Part shown: positions 25,177-35,519 of the stretch, one piece after another
How positions within the stretch are numbered: position 1 is the stretch's first letter
Layout of the letters: every line of letters begins with the position of its first letter
DNA from: Verrucomicrobiia bacterium
Lineage (GTDB): Bacteria; Verrucomicrobiota; Verrucomicrobiia; JABWAM01
Length of the DNA stretch: 64,000 nucleotides
Assembly (NCBI GenBank): GCA_020849895.1
Contig: JADZFN010000020.1
Span: 18,314 to 82,313 of the forward strand
Direction: 5' to 3'
Notes under the pieces: generated by a model
Told to the model about the DNA's origin: nothing
Seen by the model: only the letters and a program-made list of their open reading frames with translations
Database searches by the model: none
Translations under genes and position numbers: made by a program

Positions 25177-26481
25177 TTACTTTCGTTCGCCTCGGACCAG
25201 GTCGGCGAAAGTCTCTCGCCGTCGTACGAGAAGGGAGCGTTTTCCATGCACCAGCACTTCTGCGGGGCGCGGCCGGCTGTTGTAGTTCGAGGCCATCGTG
25301 AACCCGTAAGCCCCCGCGCTCATCACCGCAAGATGGTCGCCCTCCTGAAGCTCCGGAAGGATGCGGTCCTTCGCGAGGAAATCGCCCGATTCGCAGACCG
25401 GCCCCACCACGTCCACCGCCGTGCCTCTGCCCGGCATGCGTTCCCTTAACGGCACGATTTGATGGTAGGAGTCGTAGAACGCAGGGCGCAGAAGATCGTT
25501 CATCGCGGCATCCACGATCACGTAGTTCTTTCGTCCCAGGTGTTTGAGGTATTCGACGCGCGTGAGGAGCACGCCGGCGTTGCCCACGATGAAGCGGCCC
25601 GGTTCGAGAAGGATCCGCATCCCGAGAGGGCGGAGGAGGGGCACGAGGGTGCGGGCGTAGAGCTCGATCGTCAGCGGAAGCGCGGTGCGCCCCGCGCGGC
25701 GGGCGCCTCCGGGCCGCCACCAATCAGGCGAACCGCTTTCCAAAGCGGGGCGATACACGATCCCGATCCCGCCACCGATCGAAAAGTAGCGGATGCGAAA
25801 GCGGTCGCGCAGCGCGCGGACCAACGGCAGCAGCCTTCGGACCGCCTGCGCAAACGGCGCCACCGTGGTGATCTGCGACCCGATATGCATCTGCACGCCC
25901 ACCGTTTCGATCCAGGAGAGTTTCGCTGCGGCTTCGTAAATCGCCAGCGCCCGCTCCCACGGGATGCCAAACTTGTTCTCGTAGGTTCCCGTGGTGATCT
26001 TCGCGTGACCTCCGGCGACCACGTCCGGATTGACGCGCAGTGCGACCGGCGCGCGACGACGCAGCGTGGCGGCCACGGCGTGGATGCGGCGCAGCTCCGC
26101 CACGCTCTCGACGTGAAAGGCGAGAATTCCGAGGCGCAGCGCGTAGCGGATTTCCGCCTCCGTCTTGCCGACTCCGGCGAAGACGCAGCGGGAGGCCTTT
26201 CCTCCGGCGCGCAGGGCTCGGTAAAGCTCGCCCGCGCTCACCGTGTCGAACCCCGATCCGAGCCGGGCGAGGCGGGAGAGTACGGCGAGGTTCGAGTTTG
26301 CCTTCATTGCGTAACAGAGGAGCGTATCGAGAGGGTGGAGGGCGGCCATCAGACGGCGACAGTGGCTCGCGAGGGTCGCCTGCGAATAGACATAGAGAGG
26401 CGTTCCGTATCGGCGGGCGAGCATTTCGAGATCCGTCCCCTCACAGACGAGGCGGCCCCGGCAGTAGCGAAACTCGTGCAT
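25177..26481 (-). CDS. lysA: Diaminopimelate decarboxylase
   Basis: PLP fold-III decarboxylase. N-terminal ...TPLYVYS..., ...YAMKAN..., and C-terminal ...CESGD... motifs. 434 aa. Confidence 0.9.
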   Translation of the reverse strand: MHEFRYCRGRLVCEGTDLEMLARRYGTPLYVYSQATLASHCRRLMAALHPLDTLLCYAMKANSNLAVLSRLARLGSGFDTVSAGELYRALRAGGKASRCVFAGVGKTEAEIRYALRLGILAFHVESVAELRRIHAVAATLRRRAPVALRVNPDVVAGGHAKITTGTYENKFGIPWERALAIYEAAAKLSWIETVGVQMHIGSQITTVAPFAQAVRRLLPLVRALRDRFRIRYFSIGGGIGIVYRPALESGSPDWWRPGGARRAGRTALPLTIELYARTLVPLLRPLGMRILLEPGRFIVGNAGVLLTRVEYLKHLGRKNYVIVDAAMNDLLRPAFYDSYHQIVPLRERMPGRGTAVDVVGPVCESGDFLAKDRILPELQEGDHLAVMSAGAYGFTMASNYNSRPRPAEVLVHGKRSLLVRRRETFADLVRGERK

Positions 26482-26589
26482 GCCGGCATTTCTAGCAGAG
26501 GGCCTTCCTCGACGGAAGTGCTGCGTTAAATCGCCCGATCAAGGGGCGTCTTGCGAAGAAGTGGGAAAAAGCCCTAACCTTGACGCCTG

Positions 26590-29583
26590 ATGCTGAATTG
26601 GCTGCTCAAGAAGATCGTCGGGACGAAGAACCAGCGGGAGCTCCGCCGGATGCTGCCGGTCGTCCAGCGGATCAACGAGATGGAGGCGTCCTACCAGTCC
26701 CTGACCGACACCCAGCTCCAAGCCAAGACCGCCGAGTTCCGCGAGCGTCTCCAGAAGGGCGAAACCCTCGACAGCCTTCTTCCCGAAGCTTTTGCAGCGG
26801 TGAAAAATGCCTGCCGCCGCCTCTGCGGCTCGACCGTGAACGTCTGCGGGCACGAGCTGAAATGGGACATGATTCCCTTCGACGTCCAGCTCCTCGGAGG
26901 AATGACCCTCCACCGCGGGCGGATCTCGGAAATGGCGACCGGCGAAGGCAAGACGCTCGTCGCCACACTGCCGCTCTATCTGAACGCGCTGGCGGGAAAC
27001 GTGCACCTTGTGACGGTGAACGACTATCTCGCTCGCCGCGACTCGGAGTGGATGGGCGCCGTCTACCGATTCCTCGGCCTGACGGTGGGCACGATCCAGC
27101 ACGACCAGCCTTCCGGCGTCCGTCGGGCGCAGTATGCCTGCGACATCACCTACGGGACAAACAGCGAGTTCGGATTCGACTACCTGCGCGACAACGGGAT
27201 GGCGACGCGGCCCGAGGACCAGGTGCAGCGCGGGCATTACTTCGCGATCGTGGACGAGGTGGACTCGATCCTCATTGATGAGGCGCGCACGCCGCTCATC
27301 ATCTCAGGCCCGTCGCCGGTGGCAGGCCGCCATCAGTATGTAAAATGGAAGCCGATGGTCGCCGAGCTGGTGCGGAAGCAGACGCTCCTCTGCAATTCCC
27401 TCTGCGCCGAGGCGAAGAAGCTTCTCGAGGAGAACGGCGACCTCGGACGCGCCGGACGATTGCTCTATCAGGTGAAGCTCGGCCAACCGAAGCACAAGCA
27501 GCTCATGCGGCTGATGGAGACTCCGTCCACGCGAGGCCTTATTGACAAGAGCGAACTCGACGTCCTCGGCGACACGAAGCGCGAGGAGATGCATCTCCTC
27601 AAGGAAGAGCTGTTCTTCGCGATGGATGAGAAGAGCCACGAGGTCGAGCTTTCGGAAAAGGGGCGGACCTTTCTGCGCCCCGACGACTCGCAGGCCTTCG
27701 TGCTCCCCGACCTCGCGGTGGCCTACCACGAGATTGATGCGAACGCCGCGCTCGAGGCGCCCGAGAAGGCCCGCAAGCGGCAGGAAATGCAGGAGCTCTT
27801 CGAGGAAAAGAGTGAGGTGCTCCACAACATCGCCCAGCTCCTCCGCGGCTACTGCCTCTTCGAGAAGGACGTCGAGTACGTCGTCCAAGAGGGCAAGGTC
27901 ATCATCGTGGACGAGTTCACGGGGCGCCTCATGCCGGGACGTCGTTGGAGCGACGGCCTGCACCAGGCCGTCGAGGCGAAGGAGGGTGTGGACCTCGAGA
28001 AGGAGACGCAGACCCTCGCGACGATCACAATCCAAAACTATTTCCGTCTCTACAAAAAACTCGCGGGGATGACCGGCACCGCCGAGACCGAGGCCAACGA
28101 GTTCTTCGACATCTACAAGCTCGCGGTGAACGTCGTTCCGACGAACCGGCCGTGCGTGCGCGCCGATGCGAACGACGTGATCTACAAGACGCGGCGCGAA
28201 AAGTTCCAGCGGATCGTGCGCGAAATCCAGGAGCGCCACGGACGCGGCCAGCCGGTCCTCGTCGGAACGGTTTCCGTCGAGACCTCCGAGTTGATCAGCC
28301 GGATGCTCAAGCGCGCGAACGTGCCGCACTCGGTCCTCAACGCGAAATACCACCAGCAGGAAGCCGAGATCGTCACGCGCGCCGGCCAGCGCGGCGCGGT
28401 GACCATCGCGACGAACATGGCGGGGCGCGGCACCGACATCAAGCTGGGGGAGGGCGTATCCGCCCTCGGCGGCCTGCACGTGATCGGCACGGAACGCCAC
28501 GAGTCGCGGCGCATTGATCGTCAGCTCCGCGGGCGCTGTGCGCGCCAGGGCGATCCCGGTTCCTCGCAGTTCTTCATCTCGCTCGAAGACGACCTGATGC
28601 GCCTTTTCGCCTCCGGCAAGCTCGGGGCATGGATGGAAAAGTTTGGTTTCACCGAAGGGCAGGAACTCGAGCACCCGTGGCTCAATCGCTCCGTCGAATC
28701 CGCGCAGAAACGGGTCGAGCAATTCAACTACCAACGCCGCAAGCACACGCTCGAGTACGACGATGTAATGAACAAACAGCGCGAGATCATCTACGGAATG
28801 CGCAACGAGGTGCTCCGGGGAGAGGGCATCCACGAACGGATTCGCGAGGCGCTCGAACAGGCGATCGGCGTGAAGGCGACTTTTCATCTCCCCGACAACA
28901 AACCGGAAGAGCAATGGGACCGCGATGGACTCGTGCGTTGGGCGAACACGGCCTTTCCGGTGGGCTTCACCTTCGAAGAGGGTCGGAAAGAATTCGTTTC
29001 CTCCGAGGCCGCGCGCGAGCGGATCGTCGCGCGTGTCGTGAGCCTTTACGAACAGAAGCGCGCTTCCGAGGACGCCGAGGGATTCCAGCGGCTGGAGCGG
29101 GCGATCCTGCTCAGCGCGATTGACCGCCTCTGGCAGGAACATCTCTACGGGATGGACGGGCTTCGCACGGGGATCGGTCTGCGCTCCTACGGCCAGCGCG
29201 ACCCGCTCGTCGAATACAAGCAGGAAGCCTACAAGCTCTTCGAGGAGCTCATGGGAAACATCAACCTCGAGATCGCCTCCAACCTCTTCCGAAGCGCGAC
29301 GAGCCTGGAGGCGTTCGAGCGTTTCCTCGCCTCGCTCCCGCAGCAGCTCATCCACGCCGAGGCGTCTTCCGGATTTTCGGAAATTCGTCAGAATCGTTCT
29401 GCGGAGGGGCGCGCGGCGCAGGACGGCAACGACGAAAACTCCGCGGTGGACGAAGCGATCAAGAAGGCGTCGGTTCCCCTGAAACGCGACGCGCCCAAGG
29501 TGGGTCGCAACGACCCTTGCCCCTGTGGCAGCGGCAAGAAATACAAGAACTGCTGCGGCCGCGTCGCCGCCGCGTCCGCATAG
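26590..29583 (+). CDS. secA: Preprotein translocase ATPase SecA
   Basis: [20 protein letters not shown]... N-terminus, DEAD-like motor, C-terminal zinc-binding tail ...[16 protein letters not shown]. 997 aa. Confidence 0.95.
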   Translation: MLNWLLKKIVGTKNQRELRRMLPVVQRINEMEASYQSLTDTQLQAKTAEFRERLQKGETLDSLLPEAFAAVKNACRRLCGSTVNVCGHELKWDMIPFDVQLLGGMTLHRGRISEMATGEGKTLVATLPLYLNALAGNVHLVTVNDYLARRDSEWMGAVYRFLGLTVGTIQHDQPSGVRRAQYACDITYGTNSEFGFDYLRDNGMATRPEDQVQRGHYFAIVDEVDSILIDEARTPLIISGPSPVAGRHQYVKWKPMVAELVRKQTLLCNSLCAEAKKLLEENGDLGRAGRLLYQVKLGQPKHKQLMRLMETPSTRGLIDKSELDVLGDTKREEMHLLKEELFFAMDEKSHEVELSEKGRTFLRPDDSQAFVLPDLAVAYHEIDANAALEAPEKARKRQEMQELFEEKSEVLHNIAQLLRGYCLFEKDVEYVVQEGKVIIVDEFTGRLMPGRRWSDGLHQAVEAKEGVDLEKETQTLATITIQNYFRLYKKLAGMTGTAETEANEFFDIYKLAVNVVPTNRPCVRADANDVIYKTRREKFQRIVREIQERHGRGQPVLVGTVSVETSELISRMLKRANVPHSVLNAKYHQQEAEIVTRAGQRGAVTIATNMAGRGTDIKLGEGVSALGGLHVIGTERHESRRIDRQLRGRCARQGDPGSSQFFISLEDDLMRLFASGKLGAWMEKFGFTEGQELEHPWLNRSVESAQKRVEQFNYQRRKHTLEYDDVMNKQREIIYGMRNEVLRGEGIHERIREALEQAIGVKATFHLPDNKPEEQWDRDGLVRWANTAFPVGFTFEEGRKEFVSSEAARERIVARVVSLYEQKRASEDAEGFQRLERAILLSAIDRLWQEHLYGMDGLRTGIGLRSYGQRDPLVEYKQEAYKLFEELMGNINLEIASNLFRSATSLEAFERFLASLPQQLIHAEASSGFSEIRQNRSAEGRAAQDGNDENSAVDEAIKKASVPLKRDAPKVGRNDPCPCGSGKKYKNCCGRVAAASA

Positions 29584-29615
29584 GCGCCGCGCCGTCTCGT
29601 CGGGTTCGCGGTTTC

Positions 29616-30707
29616 ATGGTTCACGACCTCTCAACGGTCGAATCCGCATCCAGCCTCCGATTCTCTGAATCCTTGACTGTGAACCTAGGAATCCAGGGTC
29701 CATTGACTTCTTCCCTCCTCAATTCCGAGGAAGCCCTCCTGCGCGCCTTGATCGCCGCCGGAGCGCAACCGGTCGCGCCGCTCGATCTGGCCGTGCGCGC
29801 CGCGCTTGATTTTGAAGCGCTCGCCTCCCGCCTCGACGCGTTGGAAGATCTAGGCTTCGAGCTCGAACGCCATCCCGCCTTCGGCATTCGCCTTGTCGGA
29901 TTCCCCGAAAGGCTGATTCCCGAAGAGATCGGAGCGCGCCTTCCGAGGGAGCGGACAGTCGGGCGTTCGATCCTGATCTTTACGGAAACCACCTCGACTC
30001 ACGACGTGGCTGCGCGGCTTGCCGCGCAGGGAGCGAAAGAGGGGAGCGTCATCCTTGCGGAAACGCAGACGGCCGGCCGCGGCCGTCGGGGGCGCGTCTG
30101 GGCTTCGCCCGCCGGCAAGGGCGTGTGGTTCACCGTCATCCTGCGCCCTCATCTGCCGCCTTCGGCCGCCTCGAGGATCACCGTGATGGCGGGCGTGGCC
30201 GTTGCCCGCGCGCTCCGCCGCACGACGGGCCTGCCTCTGCACATCAAATGGCCGAACGACCTCCTCTGCCGGGGACGGAAACTCGCCGGCATCCTCACCG
30301 AGATCGGCCTCGAAGAGGGTCGCCTCGCCTACGCGCTCCTCGGCGTGGGGGTGAACGTGAACCTCGTCGCCGACGATCTTCCGGAGGATCTTCGCGGTTG
30401 CGCCACCTCGCTCAAGCAGGAGGCCGGACGGGCGTTTTCCCGCGCAACGCTCGCGGCGGAGATGCTCGGAGAAATCGAGCAAGGGCTTGTTCGTCTCGAC
30501 GATACGGGTTTCCCCGCCGTCGCCGACGAGTGGATCGCTCTCGACGACACGCTCGGCAGGCAGGTGAGCGTCGCGGGGCCCGACGGCCGCCGCCGCGGCC
30601 TGGCTGCCGGTCTCGATACCGACGGCGCACTGTTGCTGCGCCTCGACGAGGGGCGCACTGAGCGCATCCACGGCGGTGACGTGGAGGTCGAGAAGATCCG
30701 AGAATGA
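29616..30707 (+). CDS. birA: Biotin--[acetyl-CoA-carboxylase] ligase (BirA family). Start reassigned to ATG 29616.
   Basis: ...ETQTAGRGRRGRVWASPAGKG... (the GRGRRGR biotin-binding loop), ...KWPNDLL... The upstream part of the tracked ORF overlaps the secA 3' end. Confidence 0.85.
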   Translation: MVHDLSTVESASSLRFSESLTVNLGIQGPLTSSLLNSEEALLRALIAAGAQPVAPLDLAVRAALDFEALASRLDALEDLGFELERHPAFGIRLVGFPERLIPEEIGARLPRERTVGRSILIFTETTSTHDVAARLAAQGAKEGSVILAETQTAGRGRRGRVWASPAGKGVWFTVILRPHLPPSAASRITVMAGVAVARALRRTTGLPLHIKWPNDLLCRGRKLAGILTEIGLEEGRLAYALLGVGVNVNLVADDLPEDLRGCATSLKQEAGRAFSRATLAAEMLGEIEQGLVRLDDTGFPAVADEWIALDDTLGRQVSVAGPDGRRRGLAAGLDTDGALLLRLDEGRTERIHGGDVEVEKIRE

Positions 30708-30860
30708 AACAGCCGGAGGGCATCGCAAGATCGCGAAAGGCGGGGCCGCAACTTGCCAATTGAAGGCCTGTCGCCCTAGTCTGTCCCGCGTTCCTCCATG
30801 GATCATGGTTCTTCGGCGCACTCCTGATTTTCGGATCAGCCCTTCCCCGTTTTCCTTCTC

Positions 30861-31625
30861 ATGAACTCCTTCTTTGTGATCGACGTCGGCAACACGCATA
30901 CCAAGTGGGCGATCTCGAATCGCGGCCGCATCCTCAAGGAACACGAATTTCCGACAGCGAAGTTCGCGGAAATCCGCGGACGCAAGATCCCGAAGCTCGA
31001 CCTGCCCGAACGCCCTCTCGGCGCCATCATCTCCTGCGTGGTTCCGCCGGCGCTTCCGGGCGTGAAAGCCTGTCTGGGCAGCCTCGGCATCCACAGGCCG
31101 CAGGTGGTTTCCGCGAAGCTCGATCTCGGCATCAAGATCGGGGTGGCTTCACCCGCCGCCGTCGGCGCCGACCGACTGGTGAACGCGGTCGCGGCGGCGG
31201 AACTTTACGGCGCGCCGGCGGTCGTCGTGGATTTCGGGACCGCAGTGACCTTCGACGTCCTCTCCGCAAAAAAGGAATATCTCGGAGGGGCAATCGCTCC
31301 GGGCGTGAGCGCGATGACGGACTATCTCCACGAGCACACGGCGCTGCTCCCGAGAATCGCTCTCGAGGAACCGGTTTCAGCCATCGGCAGGGATACCGTT
31401 TCCGCGATGCGCGTCGGCGCGGTGATCGGCTATCGCGGGCTGATTCGCGGTGTCCTTCAGGCGATCGCGCGCGCTCTCGGAAAACGCCTCGGACGCGGCG
31501 GGCTGAAGGTCGTCGCCACGGGCGGCGGCGCAAAGCTCATCGCCGCGAAGATGCCGGAAGTCACAGCCGTCGCGCCTCGTCTGACGCTCGACGGGCTGCG
31601 CCTGCTCTACGCGCGAAACGCGTGA
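30861..31625 (+). CDS. coaX: Type III pantothenate kinase
   Basis: MNSFFVIDVGNTHTKWAI... and ...GADRLVNAVAA... 254 aa. Classic birA-coaX adjacency. Confidence 0.9.
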   Translation: MNSFFVIDVGNTHTKWAISNRGRILKEHEFPTAKFAEIRGRKIPKLDLPERPLGAIISCVVPPALPGVKACLGSLGIHRPQVVSAKLDLGIKIGVASPAAVGADRLVNAVAAAELYGAPAVVVDFGTAVTFDVLSAKKEYLGGAIAPGVSAMTDYLHEHTALLPRIALEEPVSAIGRDTVSAMRVGAVIGYRGLIRGVLQAIARALGKRLGRGGLKVVATGGGAKLIAAKMPEVTAVAPRLTLDGLRLLYARNA

Positions 31626-31759
31626 GCACCGCGGGAGGAGCCGGGAAAAGCGACGGGGCGGCTGACCCTTCGGGGTGAACGAGATCGCACGCGGCGTGTC
31701 CTTGGAATTTTTGCCGTTGCGCGGCCGCTTGCGCGCGACTAGAGTGCCGCCGTTTCCAT

Positions 31760-31835
31760 GGGGCAGTAGCTCAGTTGGTAGAGCACCACAATGGCATTGT
31801 GGGGGTCGTGGGTTCAACTCCCATCTGCTCCACCA
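31760..31835 (+). tRNA. tRNA-Ala (anticodon GGC), with the CCA end encoded
   Basis: Manual fold: acceptor ggggcag/ctgctcc with the G3:U70 Ala identity pair, D-arm gctcagttggtagagc, anticodon stem ccaca/tgtgg with loop atGGCat, T-arm ggttcaactcc. A TTTTT run follows the CCA. Confidence 0.85.
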
Positions 31836-31860
31836 TTTTTCGCGTTGAAGGGAGCCTCGG

Positions 31861-33570
31861 TCAGGGCGGCGAGATCCCGAGCTGCGCCAGGACTGCCCGG
31901 ACCGGGGCGCAGAAGCTTTTCCTGCGGAAATCGAGCGAAAGCCCCGCCGCGCGGAAGAGGGCCTTCAACCCGACCGTCCCGCCGAGCGTGAGCGCGCGGC
32001 GATACGCCGCGAGCGTCCCGCGGGGATCGCGGAGCGATTTCCGCCACAGCCCCAACGCCCCCATCTGGGCGATCCCGTATTCGATGTAGTAGAACGGATA
32101 GTGGAAGAGGTGGAGCTGCCGGTGCCACAGTGCGGCGCGCTCCTCTTCCAAGCCGCTCCAGTCGCCGCCGTCGTCGAACCTCCGAAGGATCTGCAACCAC
32201 GCGGCGCGCCGCGCGCGCCGCGCATGATTGGGGTGCGTGTAGAGCCAGTGTTGGAAGGCGTCCACCGTGGCGATCCAGGGCAGGATCCTGAGCGCCTCCT
32301 CGAAGAGCATCCGCTCGCTCCGTTTCCGGTCTTCGGGTTTCGGATAGATTTCCGCCGCGTGGCGGTTTGCGAGGAATTCCATCGTCATCGAGGCGACTTC
32401 GCAGAACTCCATTGGCGCCTGGCGGTCTTCCAGCACCGGCTTGTCCCGTGCGGCGAGCATGTGGAAGGCGTGCCCCGCTTCGTGGAACAGCGTCCGCACG
32501 TCGCCGTCGCGCCCCACGGCGTTCATGAAGATGAACGGCACGCGGCTCTCGTCGAGGGTGCATTGGTAACCGCCCGGTTCCTTGAAGGGACGGTTGTCGA
32601 GATCGAGCAGCCCGCGGTGCATCAGACCGCGGAACTGTCGCGCCAGCGTGGGATCGAGACGGTCGAAGACGCGCGCCGCCTTCGGGGCGAGCTCCCGCCC
32701 GTCCGCAAACGGTTTCAGCGGCGGACGCCCCTTCGGATCGCACGCGAAATCCCATGGACGAAGGCGGGCGAACTCCATCTCCCGCGCGCGCCGCGCATGG
32801 AGCGCCCGCACGGCGGGGAGGACGACCTTTTCCACCGCCGCATGAAAGCGGAAGCAATCCTCCACGCGGTAATCGAACCGGCAAAACTTTGCGTGCGCGT
32901 AGTCGCGGTAGTTCTCGAACCCGGCGTTCCGCGCCACGCAGTGGCGCAGTTTCAGCAGCGCGTCGAAGGTCGTCTCGATCTTCTCCGCCTCGCGGCGCCG
33001 GCGCTCCGCCACGGCGCGCCACGCGCGCTCGCGCATGCTGCAATCGGGACGCTCCAGATAGATCCCCATCCGGGAAAGGGTCTGCTTCCGCCCGTCGAAT
33101 TCCACCTGCAATCCCGCCATCAATCGGGCGTAGCCGTCGGCCTTTTCCTCGATCTCGCGTTCGAGCGGGACGTTCTCTTTCCGGAAGAGGTCCACGGACA
33201 CCTGCTTGCGGCGGAGCATGAGCGCCCAGCGTTTCGGGAACCGTGCGCGCTGCGGGTGCGCCAACAGGCGGCGGCTGAGGCGGTCCCACCACGGCGCCGC
33301 GGCGGGCTGGAGTTTCCGGACGAGGCGGAGATAGGCGTTCCGCGCCTTTGCGTCGCGCGTGTTCACGGACTTGCGGATGTGGCAGAGCGCGGCATGTTCA
33401 CCGGTTGCGGCGGCGAGTTCCTGAGTTTCCTCGAACCAGCGGAGCACGGACGGAAGATCGGGAAGGGGACGGCATTCCAGTTCTCGGAAGCGCGCTACGA
33501 GCGCGTGGAGGTCGGCGGGATCGAATTGTTCCGGGAGGAATTTCCGTCGTGGACGAGGAGGGAGTTTCAT
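31861..33570 (-). CDS. M3-family oligoendopeptidase (PepF-like). Start tentatively reassigned to the ATG at 33570 (MKLPPRPRRKF...).
   Basis: HEAGHAFH zinc-binding HExxH and downstream E. About 570 aa from the reassigned start. The first 80 codons of the tracked ORF are low-complexity. Confidence 0.75.
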   Translation of the reverse strand: MKLPPRPRRKFLPEQFDPADLHALVARFRELECRPLPDLPSVLRWFEETQELAAATGEHAALCHIRKSVNTRDAKARNAYLRLVRKLQPAAAPWWDRLSRRLLAHPQRARFPKRWALMLRRKQVSVDLFRKENVPLEREIEEKADGYARLMAGLQVEFDGRKQTLSRMGIYLERPDCSMRERAWRAVAERRRREAEKIETTFDALLKLRHCVARNAGFENYRDYAHAKFCRFDYRVEDCFRFHAAVEKVVLPAVRALHARRAREMEFARLRPWDFACDPKGRPPLKPFADGRELAPKAARVFDRLDPTLARQFRGLMHRGLLDLDNRPFKEPGGYQCTLDESRVPFIFMNAVGRDGDVRTLFHEAGHAFHMLAARDKPVLEDRQAPMEFCEVASMTMEFLANRHAAEIYPKPEDRKRSERMLFEEALRILPWIATVDAFQHWLYTHPNHARRARRAAWLQILRRFDDGGDWSGLEEERAALWHRQLHLFHYPFYYIEYGIAQMGALGLWRKSLRDPRGTLAAYRRALTLGGTVGLKALFRAAGLSLDFRRKSFCAPVRAVLAQLGISPP

Positions 33571-33830
33571 GCGAAGGGCAAACGATTCGAGGTGATTGCC
33601 GAGGGGCCGGGGTCTTTCCGGTGGCTGTGCGGCGCGAGACCTTATCGCACAAAAAGCGCGCAGTGGGAAATCTCGCGAACAGCATCGTCGGAAGATGGGA
33701 GGCGGCGCCAGGAGGTTCTCTCCTCCGTGTGTCGTAGAGAGAACCTCGAACGCGGAGCGGGACGCAGCCGTTCTTTGGGATGGAGATTCTTTCATGACTT
33801 CGCGCAATATTTCCGAACCGATTTCCCGCC

Positions 33831-34550
33831 ATGAACGAACCGTACGTTTCCGTCGTCATGCCCGTCTACAACGAGGAAGCGACGGTCGCCCGCGTTGTCG
33901 GGCGCGTGCTCGCCCAGCCGTGTGTGCGGGAGCTGGTGATCGTGGACGACGGTTCGCGCGACCGCACGGGAGACCTTCTTGCTGCGCTGGCCGAGAAAGA
34001 ACCGCGCCTCCGCCTCTGCCGCCACGTGCAGAATCAGGGTAAGGGCGCCGCCATGCGTACGGGCTTTGCCCACGCCTCGGCGCCGATCGTCATCGTGCAG
34101 GACGCCGACCTCGAATACGATCCCGCGGAATACCCCGCGCTCATCACCCCGATTCTCGAAGGCGTCGCCGACGTCGTCTATGGCTCGCGCTTCATCGGTT
34201 CGGAGGCGCACCGCGTCCTTTTCTTCTGGCATTATGTGGCGAACCGTTTTCTCACTACGGTTTCCAACATGTTCACCAACCTCAACCTCACGGACATGGA
34301 GACCTGCTTCAAGGCCTTTCGCCTCGACGTGCTACGGCGTATCGAGCTGGAGGAAGCGCGCTTCGGATTCGATCCTGAGGTCACCGCCAAGGTTGCCCGC
34401 CTCCGCGTCCGCATTTATGAGGTCGCCGTCTCCTACCGCGGGCGCACTTATGAGGAGGGCAAGAAAATCACCTGGCGCGACGGGGTGTCGGTCCTCCGGT
34501 GTATCTTCAAATACAACCTCTTCCGCCGCGCGTCGAAGCCGTCTCGATGA
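33831..34550 (+). CDS. GT2 glycosyltransferase, polyprenol-phosphate mannose/glucose synthase-like (DPM1 family)
   Basis: VSVVMPVYNEE...VIVDDGSRDRT...VVIVQDADLEYDP... Confidence 0.8.
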   Translation: MNEPYVSVVMPVYNEEATVARVVGRVLAQPCVRELVIVDDGSRDRTGDLLAALAEKEPRLRLCRHVQNQGKGAAMRTGFAHASAPIVIVQDADLEYDPAEYPALITPILEGVADVVYGSRFIGSEAHRVLFFWHYVANRFLTTVSNMFTNLNLTDMETCFKAFRLDVLRRIELEEARFGFDPEVTAKVARLRVRIYEVAVSYRGRTYEEGKKITWRDGVSVLRCIFKYNLFRRASKPSR

Positions 34551-35452
34551 ACGCGTTTCCTGAAGACGGCTGGATCCTGCCTGGCGCCGCGCGACTCGAA
34601 GCGGGCGAGGGCGGTCTGTCGCGCATCGTCGTCGCCACGCCGCGGACCGAAGGACAGATTTATCTTCACGGTGCGCATATCGGCTATCACCGTCCGCTCG
34701 AAGGGCCTTCGCGCGCGCCGACCCTTTTCATGAGCCGGTCGAGCTGGTTCGAAGAGGGAAAACCGATCCGCGGCGGGATTCCCGTCGTCTTCCCCTGGTT
34801 CGGGCGGCGCGCCGACGATCCCACGGCGCCACAGCACGGGTTCGCGCGCCTCCGTTCATGGACGTTGCGCAGCGCGGAATGCCGGCCCGACGGCACGGTG
34901 GCCGTCGTGCTCGGGCTCGAAAGCGATCCGGCGACGCGCGCGCTCTGGCCGCACGACTTCGCTCTCGAGCTCCGCGCAGAGTTCGGCGTTGCGCTCTCTG
35001 TTGAGCTGGCGGTGACGAATCGCGGCGCCGCGCCGTTCGTTTTCGAAGAAGCCCTGCACACCTACCTCGCCGTTGCCGACGCGCGCCGGGTGGTCGTCGA
35101 AGGGTTCGGCGGACCTTACGTGGACACCTCGGGCGGCGCCCGGACGGCGCGCAAAAGTCCCGCGGGACCGATCCGCCTTGCGGGAGAGACCGACCGCATC
35201 TATTCCGGACACCGTGCGCGCGTGACCGTGCGCGATCCCGAAGGGAAACGCGCGCTCGTCGTCGAGCGCGAAGGATCGGATTCCGCGGTGCTCTGGAACC
35301 CGTGGATCGCGAAGGCAAAAGCCATGCCCGACTTCGGGGACGACGAATGGCCGTTGATGCTCTGCGTGGAAGCCGGCAACGTGGCCGACTGCGCCGTGAC
35401 GCTCGCGCCCGGCGCGACCCATCGTCTGCGGACGCGGATTTTCGCGGAATGA
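34547..35452 (+). CDS. Aldose 1-epimerase family protein (D-hexose-6-phosphate mutarotase / glucose-6-phosphate 1-epimerase-like). The ATG overlaps the upstream stop (ATGA).
   Basis: ...GGIPVVFPWFG... and ...ALHTYLAV... motifs of the YeaD/aldose-epimerase superfamily. Confidence 0.7.
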   Translation: MNAFPEDGWILPGAARLEAGEGGLSRIVVATPRTEGQIYLHGAHIGYHRPLEGPSRAPTLFMSRSSWFEEGKPIRGGIPVVFPWFGRRADDPTAPQHGFARLRSWTLRSAECRPDGTVAVVLGLESDPATRALWPHDFALELRAEFGVALSVELAVTNRGAAPFVFEEALHTYLAVADARRVVVEGFGGPYVDTSGGARTARKSPAGPIRLAGETDRIYSGHRARVTVRDPEGKRALVVEREGSDSAVLWNPWIAKAKAMPDFGDDEWPLMLCVEAGNVADCAVTLAPGATHRLRTRIFAE

Positions 35453-35519
35453 CGGAGGTTCACTCCGAGCGCGCGCGAAGGGCCGCAACGCGCCATTCTT
35501 CTCGAGGAGAGGCGGTGCG

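Noticed and set aside
26482-26589. Lysine riboswitch (L-box) upstream of lysA
   Set aside because: The lysA/secA divergent gap is only about 108 bp, too short for an L-box (about 180 nt), and no conserved L-box stems are visible.
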